Of a stretch of 64,000 nucleotides of DNA, positions 1-10,776 are shown piece by piece. The stretch is from Patescibacteria group bacterium. GTDB taxonomy: Bacteria > Patescibacteriota > Patescibacteriia > JAHIZJ01. A program made the position numbers and the translations under genes. The DNA lies in the NCBI GenBank assembly GCA_028714495.1, contig JAQTMH010000005.1:32840-96839 (forward strand), in the 5' to 3' direction. A model generated the notes under the pieces. It was given only the letters and a program-made list of their open reading frames with translations. It was not told the DNA's origin and did not search any database. How positions within the stretch are numbered: the first letter of the stretch is position 1; each line of letters begins with the position of its first letter.

Positions 1-1046
1 GACACTTCTTCGCGGCGCGCCGGTTGGGAATAAAAGTTGAAGAATTTGGAATTGGTTTTCCGCCAAAGATTGTCGGGTTTAAAAAGAAAGGGACTATCTA
101 TTCGATTAACTGGATTCCGATAGGCGGATTTGTAAAAATAAAAGGCGAGGACGGCGGTCATTCGGCAGACAAAGATAGTTTTATTTCAAAATCGATCGCC
201 AAGCGCGCCACCGTTCTCTCGGCCGGCGTAATTATGAATGTGGTTTTGGCGATAATTCTGCTCTCGATCGGTTTTGGTATCGGCCTGCCCACCTTGATCG
301 ATGAAAACATCAAGAATTCAAATGTCCGCGATCAAAAGGTTCAAATTATCGACATCGAAAAAGGCACTCCGGCTTCTGAAACCGATCTGGCGGTCAATGA
401 CCAAATAGTTAAAATTGACGAAACAACGATTAATTCCATTGAAGATGTCAGGTCGTATAATACTGATAAAATAGGGCAAACCGTAAGAGTTACGGTAAAT
501 CGAATAAATAAGGAAATGGAATTCACGGTCGCCGTGAAAGATTTGGACAGTACTGGAGCTGGTAAATTGGGGGTAAACTTGGTCCAGGTTGGCATCGTTT
601 CATACCCCTGGTATGACGCTATCTGGCGTGGTTTTTTAACGACCTTTCAATTGCTCTGGGCTATTATCATGGCCTTTGTTTCACTGATAAAAGGATTGTT
701 TGTCGGGCAGCCCATCGGTGATTCATTAACCGGTCCGATCGGCATAGCGGTTTTAACCGGGCAAGTCGCCCAACTTGGTTTTATCTACCTCCTACAATTT
801 ACCGCTCTCTTGTCTCTTAATTTGGCGATAATTAACTTCGCGCCTTTCCCAGCCCTTGACGGCGGCCGCGTCCTGTTTTTGTTGATCGAAAAGGCCAGGA
901 AAAAGCGTATTCCGCAAAAGACTGAAGCCTTAATCCATAATCTTGGATTCACCTTGTTAATGCTATTAATCATTTTCATAACCTTTCGAGACGTAAGAAA
1001 ATTTAGTGGAGCTATCACGGGCTTTTTTAAAAACATTTTTTCGTAA
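1..1046 (+). CDS. rseP: RIP metalloprotease RseP (M50, PDZ domain), 5' end outside window
   Basis: Frame open from base 3 (HFFAARRLGIKVEEFGIGFPP, end of HExxH region); IPIGGFVKI, PDZ segment, NFAPFPALDGG motif. Confidence 0.92.
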   Translation, partial: HFFAARRLGIKVEEFGIGFPPKIVGFKKKGTIYSINWIPIGGFVKIKGEDGGHSADKDSFISKSIAKRATVLSAGVIMNVVLAIILLSIGFGIGLPTLIDENIKNSNVRDQKVQIIDIEKGTPASETDLAVNDQIVKIDETTINSIEDVRSYNTDKIGQTVRVTVNRINKEMEFTVAVKDLDSTGAGKLGVNLVQVGIVSYPWYDAIWRGFLTTFQLLWAIIMAFVSLIKGLFVGQPIGDSLTGPIGIAVLTGQVAQLGFIYLLQFTALLSLNLAIINFAPFPALDGGRVLFLLIEKARKKRIPQKTEALIHNLGFTLLMLLIIFITFRDVRKFSGAITGFFKNIFS

Positions 1047-1048
1047 CA

Positions 1049-2287
1049 ATGAAACAATCGGATATATTTACCAAGACATCAAACGTATTTCCAAAAGACG
1101 AGGTTTCGACGAACGCTCGCCTGCTCATTAAGGCTGGCTATATTGAAAAATTGATGGCCGGTGTTTACACCTACCTATATTTTGGCTGGCGGGTGATAAA
1201 AAAGATTGAAAATATTATTCGCGAAGAAATGGATCAGATCGGCGGTCAGGAAATATTTATGCCGGCCTTGCAACCTAAAAGCCTCTGGGATCAGACCGGC
1301 CGTTGGTCGGATTTAAGGGAAATTATGTATCAATTTGACGATCGCTCGGACCATCAAATTGGTTTGGCGACCACCCACGAAGAGGTGATAACGGATATTA
1401 TTAAGAAACATATCAAATCATATAAGGATTTGCCAAAATATATTTACCAAATTCAAAATAAATATCGAAACGAACCGAGAGCCAAATCAGGTTTGATCCG
1501 CGGACGCGAGTTTTTAATGAAAGATTTGTACAGTTTTCACGCTGACGAAAATGACTTGGATAATTATTACGAAATTGTAAAAAAGTCCTACCTGAATATT
1601 TTTAAACGATGCGGATTAAAGGTTTTTGTGATTGAAGCTTCGGGCGGCGCTTTTACCAAGAAATTTTCACACGAATTTACGGTCTTGAGCCCGGCCGGCG
1701 AGGATCGGGTGATATTATGCAGTAAATGTGATTTCGCGCAGAATCAAGAAATATCCGGGGAAAAAGAAGGCGATAAATGTCCCAAATGCTCGGCTCCATT
1801 AAAATTTGACAAGGGCATTGAAGTCGGCAATATTTTTAAATTGGGAACGCGGTTTAGTAAAGAGCAAAAAGCGTTTTTTACTGATTTAAACGGCGAGTTA
1901 AAACCCATTGTTATGGCTTCGTACGGAATTGGTTTGGGCCGCTTGATGGGAACGATAGTTGAAATCTACCATGATGAAAAAGGAATTATCTGGCCGGACG
2001 AAGTCGCCCCGTTTAAATACCACCTCCTGGTATTAGGCCAGAGCGAAAAAACCCTTGATCTGGCCAAGAGTGTTTATGATACTTGCCTAAAAAATAAGGT
2101 TGAGATACTATATGATGACCGTAAAGTCCACCCCGGGCAGAAGCTAAACGATTCTGATTTATTGGGCATTCCTAATCGTTTAGTGGTCAGCGATAAAAAC
2201 GATTCTAAAATTGAACTGAAGAAACGTTCTGAAAAATCAGTCAAGCTTTACCCAGCCCGAGAGATAATAAAAATAGCATCTTCATGA
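1049..2287 (+). CDS. proS: Proline--tRNA ligase, short form without INS editing domain
   Basis: THEE, YRNEPRAKSGLIRGREFLMKDLYSF, IEVGNIFKLG, MASYGIGLGR, C-terminal anticodon-binding domain; a CxxC..CxxC segment replaces the editing insertion. Confidence 0.95.
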   Translation: MKQSDIFTKTSNVFPKDEVSTNARLLIKAGYIEKLMAGVYTYLYFGWRVIKKIENIIREEMDQIGGQEIFMPALQPKSLWDQTGRWSDLREIMYQFDDRSDHQIGLATTHEEVITDIIKKHIKSYKDLPKYIYQIQNKYRNEPRAKSGLIRGREFLMKDLYSFHADENDLDNYYEIVKKSYLNIFKRCGLKVFVIEASGGAFTKKFSHEFTVLSPAGEDRVILCSKCDFAQNQEISGEKEGDKCPKCSAPLKFDKGIEVGNIFKLGTRFSKEQKAFFTDLNGELKPIVMASYGIGLGRLMGTIVEIYHDEKGIIWPDEVAPFKYHLLVLGQSEKTLDLAKSVYDTCLKNKVEILYDDRKVHPGQKLNDSDLLGIPNRLVVSDKNDSKIELKKRSEKSVKLYPAREIIKIASS

Positions 2288-3336
2288 TAAATATCTTCAA
2301 TCGATTCTTTGGAAGATTCTCCAAAGACATGGGAATAGATTTAGGAACTTCTAATACCCTCGTGTATGTCAAAGACAAGGGTATCATTATTAATGAGCCG
2401 TCGATCGTAGCCATTAATACTCGAACTGACCAGATAATCGCGGTCGGTGAGGATGCCCGAAGAATGGTCGGAAAAACACCCTCGCATATTATCGCTACCA
2501 AAGCCTTAGTTGACGGAGTAATTTCCGATTTTGAAATTACTGAACGGATGCTCAGGCATTTCATCGAAAAAGTCCATCGTGAAACTTTTACCGTAGTGCC
2601 CCGACCCAGAATTGTCATTGGCGTACCCCAGGGCATAACAGAGGTTGAAAGCAAGGCCGTGGAAGACGCAACTCTGAACGCCGGGGCCAGGCAAGTCTTC
2701 TTAATTGAAGAACCAATGGCCGCGGCTATCGGCGCCAGAATGCCTATTCAAGACGCTTCGGGAAATATGATTGTTGATATTGGAGGCGGGACAACGGAAA
2801 TCGCCGTTATTTCACTCGGCGGTGTAATAACTTGGCGCTCTCTCAGAGTTGCTGGCGACGAGCTTGACCAAAACATAATCCAGTATGCCAGAGAAAATTT
2901 CAACCTGTTAATCGGCGAACAGACAGCCGAAGCGGTAAAAATCGCCATTGCCATAGCTGGAGATATCGAGGAACCGCTGGAAACAAAAATGCGCGGTCGA
3001 GACCTAATCTCCGGTTTGCCCAGAGAAGTCTCAATTCACAGTTATCAAGTTCAGGAGGCAATCCAGCGTTCGATCCGTTTAATTGTCGAAAATATCAAGG
3101 ATACCATTGAATCTACGCCGCCTGAATTAGTCGCCGATATCTATGAACGGGGCGTTTTCTTGACTGGCGGTGGCGCGTTGCTGCGCAATCTTGATAAAAT
3201 CTTACAAAGAGAGACTCAAATTCCAGTGCATATTGCCGACGATCCATTAACTTGCGTTGTTCGTGGCGCCGGCATAGTTCTGGAGGATCTGGAGAAATTA
3301 AAAGACGTATTAACTATCTCCAGCCACGTCGAATAG
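2284..3336 (+). CDS. mreB: Rod shape-determining protein MreB
   Basis: GIDLGTSNT, EEPMAAAIGA, VDIGGGTTE, LTGGGALL. Confidence 0.97.
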   Translation: MINIFNRFFGRFSKDMGIDLGTSNTLVYVKDKGIIINEPSIVAINTRTDQIIAVGEDARRMVGKTPSHIIATKALVDGVISDFEITERMLRHFIEKVHRETFTVVPRPRIVIGVPQGITEVESKAVEDATLNAGARQVFLIEEPMAAAIGARMPIQDASGNMIVDIGGGTTEIAVISLGGVITWRSLRVAGDELDQNIIQYARENFNLLIGEQTAEAVKIAIAIAGDIEEPLETKMRGRDLISGLPREVSIHSYQVQEAIQRSIRLIVENIKDTIESTPPELVADIYERGVFLTGGGALLRNLDKILQRETQIPVHIADDPLTCVVRGAGIVLEDLEKLKDVLTISSHVE

Positions 3337-3338
3337 CC

Positions 3339-4142
3339 ATGAAGAGACGGCTTTACATAATAACCGGGGTCATATTGGCAGTGGTAACTCTGCTCATTTT
3401 TTTTGGCTATGGCACGATTGTCAAACCATTCGGGGATTTATTTACGCTTATCTTAAGGCCGTTACAAGGTAAAAGTTTTCCGGCGGCTCAAGCCATCAAT
3501 GACTATCTAGCTCGCCATGATAAGGTTAATGATTTAGTTGCGGAAAATGAAAACATTAAAAATGATTTAGAAAAATTAAGAATTGAAAATAGCCGCCTCA
3601 GGTCAGAAATAAAAGATTTGAATATCATCCGAGACGAGCAAGAATTTTTAGACAATCAAGGCTACACCTATGTCACGGCTCGCGCCATCGGCAGGACCAG
3701 CGATAATATATTGGAAGAAATAATTATAAATGTCGGCAAAAAAGAAGGGGTGTCCGATGGTTTGGCCGTAGTTAGCAAACAAGGCTATCTAATCGGTAAA
3801 GTTGTTGAAACACGGGAAACAATCTCAAAAGTATTATTAATAACTGACAGCCGGAGTGAAATAGCCGCCGAAGTGCAGAACGAAACGGGCGCGCCCGGTT
3901 TAATCGTCAGCCACCTTGGCTTATCGCTAATAATGGATTTAATACCCCAGAATGAGATTATCCAGTCTGATCAAATGATCATTACTTCCGGACTGGAATC
4001 AAATATACCCAAAGGGCTCGTGATCGGAAGAATTGGCTCGGTGGCCCAGAATCCTGGGGACATATTTAAACAAGCCGCGGTGATCACTGACCTTGATTAT
4101 CGAAGAATCGATATTGTTTCCGTAATAATTGGTCAAAAATAG
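3339..4142 (+). CDS. mreC: Rod shape-determining protein MreC (ATG 3339 preferred)
   Basis: N-terminal TM, coiled coil, IIINVGKKEGV, LIGKV, ITSGL..PKGL motifs; follows mreB. Confidence 0.9.
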   Translation: MKRRLYIITGVILAVVTLLIFFGYGTIVKPFGDLFTLILRPLQGKSFPAAQAINDYLARHDKVNDLVAENENIKNDLEKLRIENSRLRSEIKDLNIIRDEQEFLDNQGYTYVTARAIGRTSDNILEEIIINVGKKEGVSDGLAVVSKQGYLIGKVVETRETISKVLLITDSRSEIAAEVQNETGAPGLIVSHLGLSLIMDLIPQNEIIQSDQMIITSGLESNIPKGLVIGRIGSVAQNPGDIFKQAAVITDLDYRRIDIVSVIIGQK

Positions 4143-4144
4143 TT

Positions 4145-4672
4145 ATGTTGAAAAATATCCTGATTTTCATTATTCTGGTTCTAGTAATTTTTTTTAATGT
4201 AAGTTTTTTGTCGGAATTTACCTGGTGGCAACAAAATGTAAATTCAATTCTTATTATCGCGATGGTCCTTCTTTTAGCGATGCGCTTGCGGCAATATTTA
4301 GTTTGGATATCAATCGTTGGCCTGATCGCTGACACTTACTCGGGATTTGGCTTTGGGGCCATAACCCTGTCTCTCATTTTGACTAGTTTGATCGCCTATA
4401 TTCTGTATGTAAATTATTTTTCGCATCATACCAGCCTGGTATTGGTTATTTTGATGGCTATCCAAGTATTAACCTATGGCCTGCTCTTCGCTGCTTTTAC
4501 CCGTTTATTCTATTTCATCGGGTTTAACGCTTTTTACATCCAGATAAACTCAGAATACATATTTTTCATCGCTAGGCAGATTATCTTTTCTTGTTTCATA
4601 TTCGTTATTCTGTATGTGTTTTTTAACAGGTTGTTCAGTAATTTTAGAGAAAGGTTTATTATCAATCGTTAA
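4145..4672 (+). CDS. mreD: MreD-like membrane protein
   Basis: Very hydrophobic, GLIAD..SGFGFG motif, lies between mreC and PBP2. Confidence 0.75.
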   Translation: MLKNILIFIILVLVIFFNVSFLSEFTWWQQNVNSILIIAMVLLLAMRLRQYLVWISIVGLIADTYSGFGFGAITLSLILTSLIAYILYVNYFSHHTSLVLVILMAIQVLTYGLLFAAFTRLFYFIGFNAFYIQINSEYIFFIARQIIFSCFIFVILYVFFNRLFSNFRERFIINR

Positions 4673-4677
4673 TATAT

Positions 4678-6600
4678 ATGGGTAACGATCCATTTTCAGT
4701 TTTTGGCGATTCAAACGACATAAAAAACCGGGCGATAAAGGACTATTCGTTTAACCGCACCGAGGGAGATATTTATCGGCCGGAAGACGCCGGAAGCGAA
4801 TCTCTTAGATTGCACATTTCGCCGAGTCGTCTAAATTTTTTAGTTGTATTAATGGCGCTCGGTTTAGGAACGCTGCTTTTCCGAACCGGATATCTGCAAA
4901 TTGCCCAAGGCTCGGTCTACCGACAAATGGCCGAAGAGAACAGAATAAGAATCCAGTGGGTTAAGCCTCCGCGAGGACTGATTTTTGATCGCAATGAATA
5001 TTCACTGGTAGAAAACATTCCAAATTTTATTATTCAGGCCGTCCCGGCGGATTTGCCAAAAGATGAAACAGAGCGACAAAATATTATATTTGAATTGTCT
5101 CAAACATTAAACACCGATCCGGTAAATATTAATAACGCCTTATCAAAAGAATCGTCTGAATCATATGAACCAATTACCCTTTTTGAGCACATAGATATTG
5201 AAAAAGCCATCCAATTGAAAATAAAGAGCAGCCATTTGCCTGGAATATCAGTAATCGCGGAATCGAACAGAAAATATACCGCCGGTCCGCCCTTTTCAAA
5301 TATTATCGGCTATATCGGCAAGATAACGTCAGCTGAGTTAGCGACATTTGAAGAAGATGAATATTTACGAAACGATTATACCGGCAAAGTCGGTCTAGAA
5401 AAATCTTACGAGAAGACACTTCGGGGAGTTTATGGACGCAATCATATAGAAGTGGATTCGCTCGGCAAAGTAAAAAAAATCGTCGCCTCCGAAAAAGCTG
5501 AGCCGGGACAAAATTTGATATTGTCAATTGACCATACCTATCAAGAAAAGCTTCAGGAATTACTCGATGCTCAAGTTGAAAGATTAAATAGCAATGGCGG
5601 TTCGGCCATCGCGCTTGATCCTCGAAATGGCGAGGTGCTGGCCTTAGTCAGCTCGCCAGCGTACGACAATAACTTGTTCATTGGAGAACTGACTAATGAA
5701 GAATATCAAGAATTAATTAACGATCCAAAGCAGCCTTTATTTAACCGCCCCATCAGCGGCGAGTATCCGTCTGGGTCAACCATTAAACCACTGATCGCCG
5801 GGGCTGCCTTAACCGAAGGATTGATCACTCCGAATACTCAGGTGCTGAGCACCGGCGGGATAAAAATTGACAAATGGTTTTTCCCGGATTGGAAAAGCGG
5901 CGGGCATGGTTTGACAAATGTGACGAAAGCGCTCGCTGAATCAGTGAATACTTTTTTCTACGCCATTGGCGGAGGCTATGAAAATATTACCGGCTTGGGC
6001 GTCGACAAGATAAATGACTACGCGACAAAGTTTGGATTCGGCAAACCTTTAAATATCGATTTGCCCGGTGAAGCCTCTGGCTTTTTGCCAACCAAAGAAT
6101 GGAAAGAAAGGGTTAAGGGTGAGCCTTGGTATATTGGAGATACTTATCATCTGGCGATCGGGCAGGGCGATTTATTGGTAACTCCGCTCCAAATCACAAA
6201 TTTAATCGCGACTTTTGCCAACGGCGGCACAGTCTATCAGCCACATCTGGTCAGAGCCGTCTCTGACGCCACCACCGGAGAACAAATCTATACCGAACCG
6301 ACAGTAGTCAACCAGCAGGTTATTCCAAAAAACGCTGTTAACGCGGTCAGGCAGGGATTGCGTGAAGCGGTTCTATCAGGCAGCGCCCGTTCGCTCGCTG
6401 ATTTAAGTGTATCCAGCGCCGGAAAAACAGGTTCAGCTCAATTTGCAGACAATAAAACTCACGCCTGGTTTACCGGCTTTGCCCCATATGATAATCCTGA
6501 AATCGTCATCACGGTAATGATTGAAGGCGGGGGAGAGGGCAATGCTACGGCCCTGCCCGTTGCCAAAGACTTTCTTACTTGGTATTATGGTAATCGATAG
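4678..6600 (+). CDS. mrdA: Penicillin-binding protein 2
   Basis: PPRGLIFDRN, GSTIK (SxxK), SVN (SxN), KTG motifs; mre operon context. Confidence 0.93.
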   Translation: MGNDPFSVFGDSNDIKNRAIKDYSFNRTEGDIYRPEDAGSESLRLHISPSRLNFLVVLMALGLGTLLFRTGYLQIAQGSVYRQMAEENRIRIQWVKPPRGLIFDRNEYSLVENIPNFIIQAVPADLPKDETERQNIIFELSQTLNTDPVNINNALSKESSESYEPITLFEHIDIEKAIQLKIKSSHLPGISVIAESNRKYTAGPPFSNIIGYIGKITSAELATFEEDEYLRNDYTGKVGLEKSYEKTLRGVYGRNHIEVDSLGKVKKIVASEKAEPGQNLILSIDHTYQEKLQELLDAQVERLNSNGGSAIALDPRNGEVLALVSSPAYDNNLFIGELTNEEYQELINDPKQPLFNRPISGEYPSGSTIKPLIAGAALTEGLITPNTQVLSTGGIKIDKWFFPDWKSGGHGLTNVTKALAESVNTFFYAIGGGYENITGLGVDKINDYATKFGFGKPLNIDLPGEASGFLPTKEWKERVKGEPWYIGDTYHLAIGQGDLLVTPLQITNLIATFANGGTVYQPHLVRAVSDATTGEQIYTEPTVVNQQVIPKNAVNAVRQGLREAVLSGSARSLADLSVSSAGKTGSAQFADNKTHAWFTGFAPYDNPEIVITVMIEGGGEGNATALPVAKDFLTWYYGNR

Positions 6601-6603
6601 TTC

Positions 6604-6612
6604 TGTGGATAA
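6604..6612 (-). promoter_or_regulatory. Single consensus DnaA box upstream of greA
   Basis: TGTGGATAA = reverse complement of TTATCCACA. Confidence 0.4.
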
Positions 6613-6691
6613 GTTTATTGACTCAAACTACCTAATCTATTACTTATTAAATCAATAAATAGCGCTAATTTTAACGGAGATTTTTTATATT

Positions 6692-7168
6692 ATGACGACT
6701 GACAAAGAGGCCTATATCACCCAGGAAGGATACGAAAGGCTGAAGAAGGAACTCGAAGACTTAAAGAACAACAAAAGAAAGGAAATCGCCAACCGGATCC
6801 AGGAGGCGAAAGAATTGGGTGATCTATCTGAAAACGCGGAATACGCGGAAGCTAAAAATGAACAGGCCTTTATCGAGGGCCGGGTTATTCAGCTTGAAAA
6901 TTTATTGAAAAATGTAACGATTATTGAAAGCAACAAGACGCCTCTTAATAAAAATATCGTTCAGGTCGGATCGGTTATTGAACTTAAAACAGGAAACCGC
7001 AATCAAACATATACGATCGTCGGCTCAAATGAAGCTGATCCCGAATCTGGAAAAATTTCAAATGAGTCGCCGTTGGGCCAGGCATTTCTGGGAAGAAAAA
7101 TTGGCGAGCAAGTAGAAGTGGCTATTCCCGCGGGCAAGGTTACGTATACGATAACAAATATTAAATAA
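6692..7168 (+). CDS. greA: Transcription elongation factor GreA
   Basis: GDLSENAEY, ISNESPLGQA. Confidence 0.97.
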   Translation: MTTDKEAYITQEGYERLKKELEDLKNNKRKEIANRIQEAKELGDLSENAEYAEAKNEQAFIEGRVIQLENLLKNVTIIESNKTPLNKNIVQVGSVIELKTGNRNQTYTIVGSNEADPESGKISNESPLGQAFLGRKIGEQVEVAIPAGKVTYTITNIK

Positions 7169-7281
7169 TCACCCAGTGATACATGGTAAGCATTCGGCTG
7201 GCCTGTTTTTGCATAAGTTTGATCCTAGAATTTGATTTTATCGCGCAAATAGTGATATAATTTCAATGAACCAATAATGTT

Positions 7282-8760
7282 ATGAGCCGACTCGATGAAA
7301 CCAGAGACATAAGATTAGCCAAGCTCAAAAAAATAGTTGAGCTCGGTTATTGCGCTTATCCGTCTGAATCACACCGGACCCATAAAACGGCTGACGCGGT
7401 ATCGGCCTATGAAGAACTTTCGAAAAAGACAAACCCGATAACTTTAGCCGGCCGAATACGTTCAATCAGACGGCATGGCGGTTCGGCTTTTGTCGATATT
7501 AATGATTTGACCGGAACAATTCAAATATTCATAAGCCGGGCTGAGACAGGGGAAAAGGCGTATAAAGAATTCGCGGAGTTGATCGATCCGAGCGACCTGG
7601 TCGAGTTTAGCGGCACCCTATTTAAAACCAAGCAGGGGCAGATAACGTTAAACGCGAAAACCTACAACTTGCTCTCAAAAAGTTTGAGAAATATTCCAGA
7701 AGATCATTTTGGATTAAAAGACGTGGAGACCAGGCTGCGCAAAAGGTATCTTGATCTGGCCGTCAATCCGGAAACTCGGCAATTATTTATTAAGAAGTCT
7801 GTTTTTTGGCAAAGCCTGCGCCAATTAATGACGCAGCATGATTTTCTGGAAGTCGAAACGCCGGTGCTTGAAGATATCCCTGGCGGCGCCGAAGCAGAAC
7901 CGTTTATCACTCATCACCAGGCCTTGGATCGCGATTTCTTTTTGCGCATCTCTTTGGAGCTTCCATTAAAGAGACTTCTCGTCGGAGGCCTGGAAAAGGT
8001 CTTTGAGATTGGCAGGATCTTCCGCAATGAAGGAATCTCGACTGAACATCTCCAGGATTATACTCAGCTGGAATTTTATTGGGCTTACGCTGATTATAAC
8101 GATCTGATGAAATTCGTCCAAGAATTATATCGAGAAACGATTAAAAAAGTGACCGGCAGCCTGGTCATTACCAGCCGAGGCCATAAGGTTGATTGGGGCA
8201 AGCCATGGAAAACGTATGACTACTTCGATGAATTTGAAAAAAATACCGGACTTAAGCTGGAAAAAGTTACCGAGGCGCAATTAAAAATTGAAGCAAAAAA
8301 GCTCGGGCTGGCATTTGAGAAACATGCCGGACGAGGCAAACTAATCGATTTAATTTACAAAAAGAAAGTCAGGCCGAAACTAATCGATCCTGGATTCCTG
8401 GTCAATCCTCCCGTCGACATTGAACCTCTGGCTAAACGTCTGCCGAAAGAACCAGACCGGGTTCAACGCTTTCAGGTAATGGCTTACGGCACGGAACTAG
8501 GCAAGGGCTTTTCGGAATTGAATGACCCGATTGATCAGCGGGAGCGTTTTGAACAGCAGATGAAGCTTAGGGCGGCCGGAGATAAAGAAGCCCAGATGAT
8601 TGATGAAGACTATCTTGAAGCCATGGAATACGGCCTGCCCCCGGCCGCCGGTTTTGGTTTATCAGAAAGGTTGTTCTCGGTCATCATGGATGTAACCGCA
8701 CGCGAGGCGGTTCTTTTCCCGCCCATGAAAGTTGAAGATAATATAAACAACAATGAATAG
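7282..8760 (+). CDS. lysS: Lysine--tRNA ligase (class II)
   Basis: OB-fold N-terminus, RLRKRYLDL, FRNEG, ELNDP, YGLPPAAGFG. Confidence 0.97.
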   Translation: MSRLDETRDIRLAKLKKIVELGYCAYPSESHRTHKTADAVSAYEELSKKTNPITLAGRIRSIRRHGGSAFVDINDLTGTIQIFISRAETGEKAYKEFAELIDPSDLVEFSGTLFKTKQGQITLNAKTYNLLSKSLRNIPEDHFGLKDVETRLRKRYLDLAVNPETRQLFIKKSVFWQSLRQLMTQHDFLEVETPVLEDIPGGAEAEPFITHHQALDRDFFLRISLELPLKRLLVGGLEKVFEIGRIFRNEGISTEHLQDYTQLEFYWAYADYNDLMKFVQELYRETIKKVTGSLVITSRGHKVDWGKPWKTYDYFDEFEKNTGLKLEKVTEAQLKIEAKKLGLAFEKHAGRGKLIDLIYKKKVRPKLIDPGFLVNPPVDIEPLAKRLPKEPDRVQRFQVMAYGTELGKGFSELNDPIDQRERFEQQMKLRAAGDKEAQMIDEDYLEAMEYGLPPAAGFGLSERLFSVIMDVTAREAVLFPPMKVEDNINNNE

Positions 8761-9304
8761 AGAAGAGGCGTTTAAATTACTCAAAGAATATAATAAGAAT
8801 CCCAATCTGATTAAGCACGGCTTGGCGGTTGAAGCTGTGATGCGCTGGTACGCGGAAAAATTCGGCGAGGACGAGGAAAAATGGACAGTGACCGGATTGC
8901 TCCATGATTTTGATTATGAAATCCATCCCCAGGCTCCGGATCATCCGCTGAAGGGAGCCGAGATACTTCGTGAAAAGGGTTGTCCTGATGACATAATCGA
9001 AGCGATCCTTGGCCACGCTGATTATTCCGGCGTGCCCAGGCTGACAAAAATGTCAAAAACATTATTCGCTTCTGATGAACTGGCCGGATTTATCATTGCC
9101 GTAGCGCTGGTCCGCCCATCCAAAAAACTATCAGAAGTAACCCCGGAATCAGTTAAGAAGAAATTAAAAGACAAGGCCTTTGCCAGGCAGGTAAGGCGCG
9201 AGGATATTATCAAAGGCGCGGAAGAAATAGAAATTTCAATGGATGAACATATTAAAAATTGTATTTTAGCTCTTCAAGGCGTTTCCGAAGAGCTGGGACT
9301 GTAA
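8753..9304 (+). CDS. HD-domain metal-dependent phosphohydrolase (HDIG-like)
   Basis: H..AVEAVM, LLHDFDYE, HP..G, ILGH, DEL motifs. Confidence 0.85.
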   Translation: MNREEAFKLLKEYNKNPNLIKHGLAVEAVMRWYAEKFGEDEEKWTVTGLLHDFDYEIHPQAPDHPLKGAEILREKGCPDDIIEAILGHADYSGVPRLTKMSKTLFASDELAGFIIAVALVRPSKKLSEVTPESVKKKLKDKAFARQVRREDIIKGAEEIEISMDEHIKNCILALQGVSEELGL

Positions 9305-9317
9305 GTTTAACATCCAA

Positions 9318-9364
9318 CATTTTGAATTTTTAATTTTATCCCCGATTTAATCGGGGATTGAATT
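9318..9364. repeat. AT-rich heptamer run plus TCCCCGA-N5-TCGGGGA hairpin module upstream of serS
   Basis: CATTTTGAATTTTTAATTTTA-TCCCCGA-TTTAA-TCGGGGA-TTGAATT; near-identical module at 63021-63067. Confidence 0.7.
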
Positions 9365-9373
9365 GCCCCCTCC

Positions 9374-10669
9374 ATGCTCGACATAAAATACATCAGAGAA
9401 AATCCTGATAAAGTGGCTGCGGCTCTAAAAAAGCGCGGTCGCGATGTTGATTTATCCGAAGTTATAAAATTGGACAGGGATCTTCGCAAACTTGTTACTG
9501 ACGTTGATAAGATGAGGGCTGATATGAATCGCTTGGCTCACGCGATAAGAGATGCTCAAGGTTCAGAAAGACTCAACAAAATAGGTGAAGCAACATCGTT
9601 AAAAGACAGCCTGAAAGCCTGTGAAAAGGCACTAGAGCTCGTTAGAGGCAAGTTTCAGGCCAGGATGTATAAATTACCGAATATCCCTTTTGACGATGTT
9701 CCTGTAGGGTTTAATGAGGCTGGTAATAAAATATTGCGTAAGATTAGCCAAAAAACTAAATTCTCCTTTAAACCAAAGGATTGTTTAGCCATTTCAAACG
9801 CCTTAGATATTATTGATACAGAGCGAGCGGCCAAGGTATCAGGCACTCGCTTTGGGTATTTAAAAGGACAACTGGTAAAAATACAGTTCAATTTAATCAG
9901 CTATGTTTTTAAACGCCTGACTGATGAAAAATGGTTAGCCGGCGTAATCAAAAAGGCGAAACTGGACGTGCCAGCCAAGGCTTTTATTCCAATGGTCCCG
10001 CCGGTGATGATTAGGGGAGAGGTATTTAAAGCCATGGGCAAGCTTGATCCCGGGCAAGAAGAGGAGAGGTACTATCTGCCGAAAGACAAGCTCTATCTTA
10101 TCGGCAGCGCTGAACATACGCTCGGACCGTATTTCATGGATGAAACTTTTAAGTCAACTGATTTGCCTGTCCGCTTAATCGGCTACTCAACTTGTTTTCG
10201 CCGTGAAGCCGGAAGCTATGGAAAAGATACGAAGGGAATTTTACGCGTACACCAATTTGATAAACTTGAAATGTTTTCTTTCTCAAATCCCAAGCTTTCC
10301 AGAATAGAACACAAATTTTTTCTGGCCATCCAAGAAGCCATGATGCAAGAATTAAAACTCCCGTATCAAGTTGTCCATATTTGCACCGGCGACATGGTAT
10401 CAACCGACGCTGAACAATTTGATATTGAAACCTGGCTGCCTGGGCAGAATAACGGGGCAGGGGAGTATCGTGAAACACATTCATGTTCAAACTCAACCGA
10501 TTTCCAGTCACGCCGGCTAAATATCAAATACACCGACGGCAAAAAAACCGAGTTCGTCCATACTCTTAACGGTACCGCCTTTGCCATCGGCCGAACGTTA
10601 ATCGCCCTGATCGAGAATTACCAGACAAAAGAGGGAAATATCAAATTTCCGAAGGTTTTATTAAACTAA
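9374..10669 (+). CDS. serS: Serine--tRNA ligase
   Basis: MLDIKYIREN, N-terminal coiled coil, CFRREAGSYGKDTKGILRVHQFDKLEM, HTLNGTA. Confidence 0.97.
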   Translation: MLDIKYIRENPDKVAAALKKRGRDVDLSEVIKLDRDLRKLVTDVDKMRADMNRLAHAIRDAQGSERLNKIGEATSLKDSLKACEKALELVRGKFQARMYKLPNIPFDDVPVGFNEAGNKILRKISQKTKFSFKPKDCLAISNALDIIDTERAAKVSGTRFGYLKGQLVKIQFNLISYVFKRLTDEKWLAGVIKKAKLDVPAKAFIPMVPPVMIRGEVFKAMGKLDPGQEEERYYLPKDKLYLIGSAEHTLGPYFMDETFKSTDLPVRLIGYSTCFRREAGSYGKDTKGILRVHQFDKLEMFSFSNPKLSRIEHKFFLAIQEAMMQELKLPYQVVHICTGDMVSTDAEQFDIETWLPGQNNGAGEYRETHSCSNSTDFQSRRLNIKYTDGKKTEFVHTLNGTAFAIGRTLIALIENYQTKEGNIKFPKVLLN

Positions 10670-10682
10670 CACAAGGTGTTGG

Positions 10683-10707
10683 TTCGTATAATATCCAGTT
10701 AAACGAA
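10683..10707 (+). mobile_element. attI-like recombination site (array entry point; crossover G/TT at 10698)
   Basis: TTCGTATAA-TATCCAG-TTAAACGAA: inverted arms with the TAA-7nt-TTA geometry of the class 1 attI simple site; the right part is complementary to the left core of the first attC. Confidence 0.7.
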
Positions 10708-10776
10708 ATTGAGAAATTATCGCTTTCGTCGTACCATTAAAGAAAGCTTAATAAATCAAGATCTGATCATGCTTAT

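Noticed and set aside
6604-6612. Replication origin from DnaA boxes (also 61635-61643)
   Set aside because: Isolated single boxes with no cluster, no dnaA and no obvious unwinding element
10681-10708. Chromosomal dif or loxP site (GGTTCGTATAA resembles a XerC arm)
   Set aside because: No TTATGTTAAA XerD arm and wrong loxP spacing; the right half is explained by cassette 1 sequence, so attI-like fits better, though Xer involvement is not excluded
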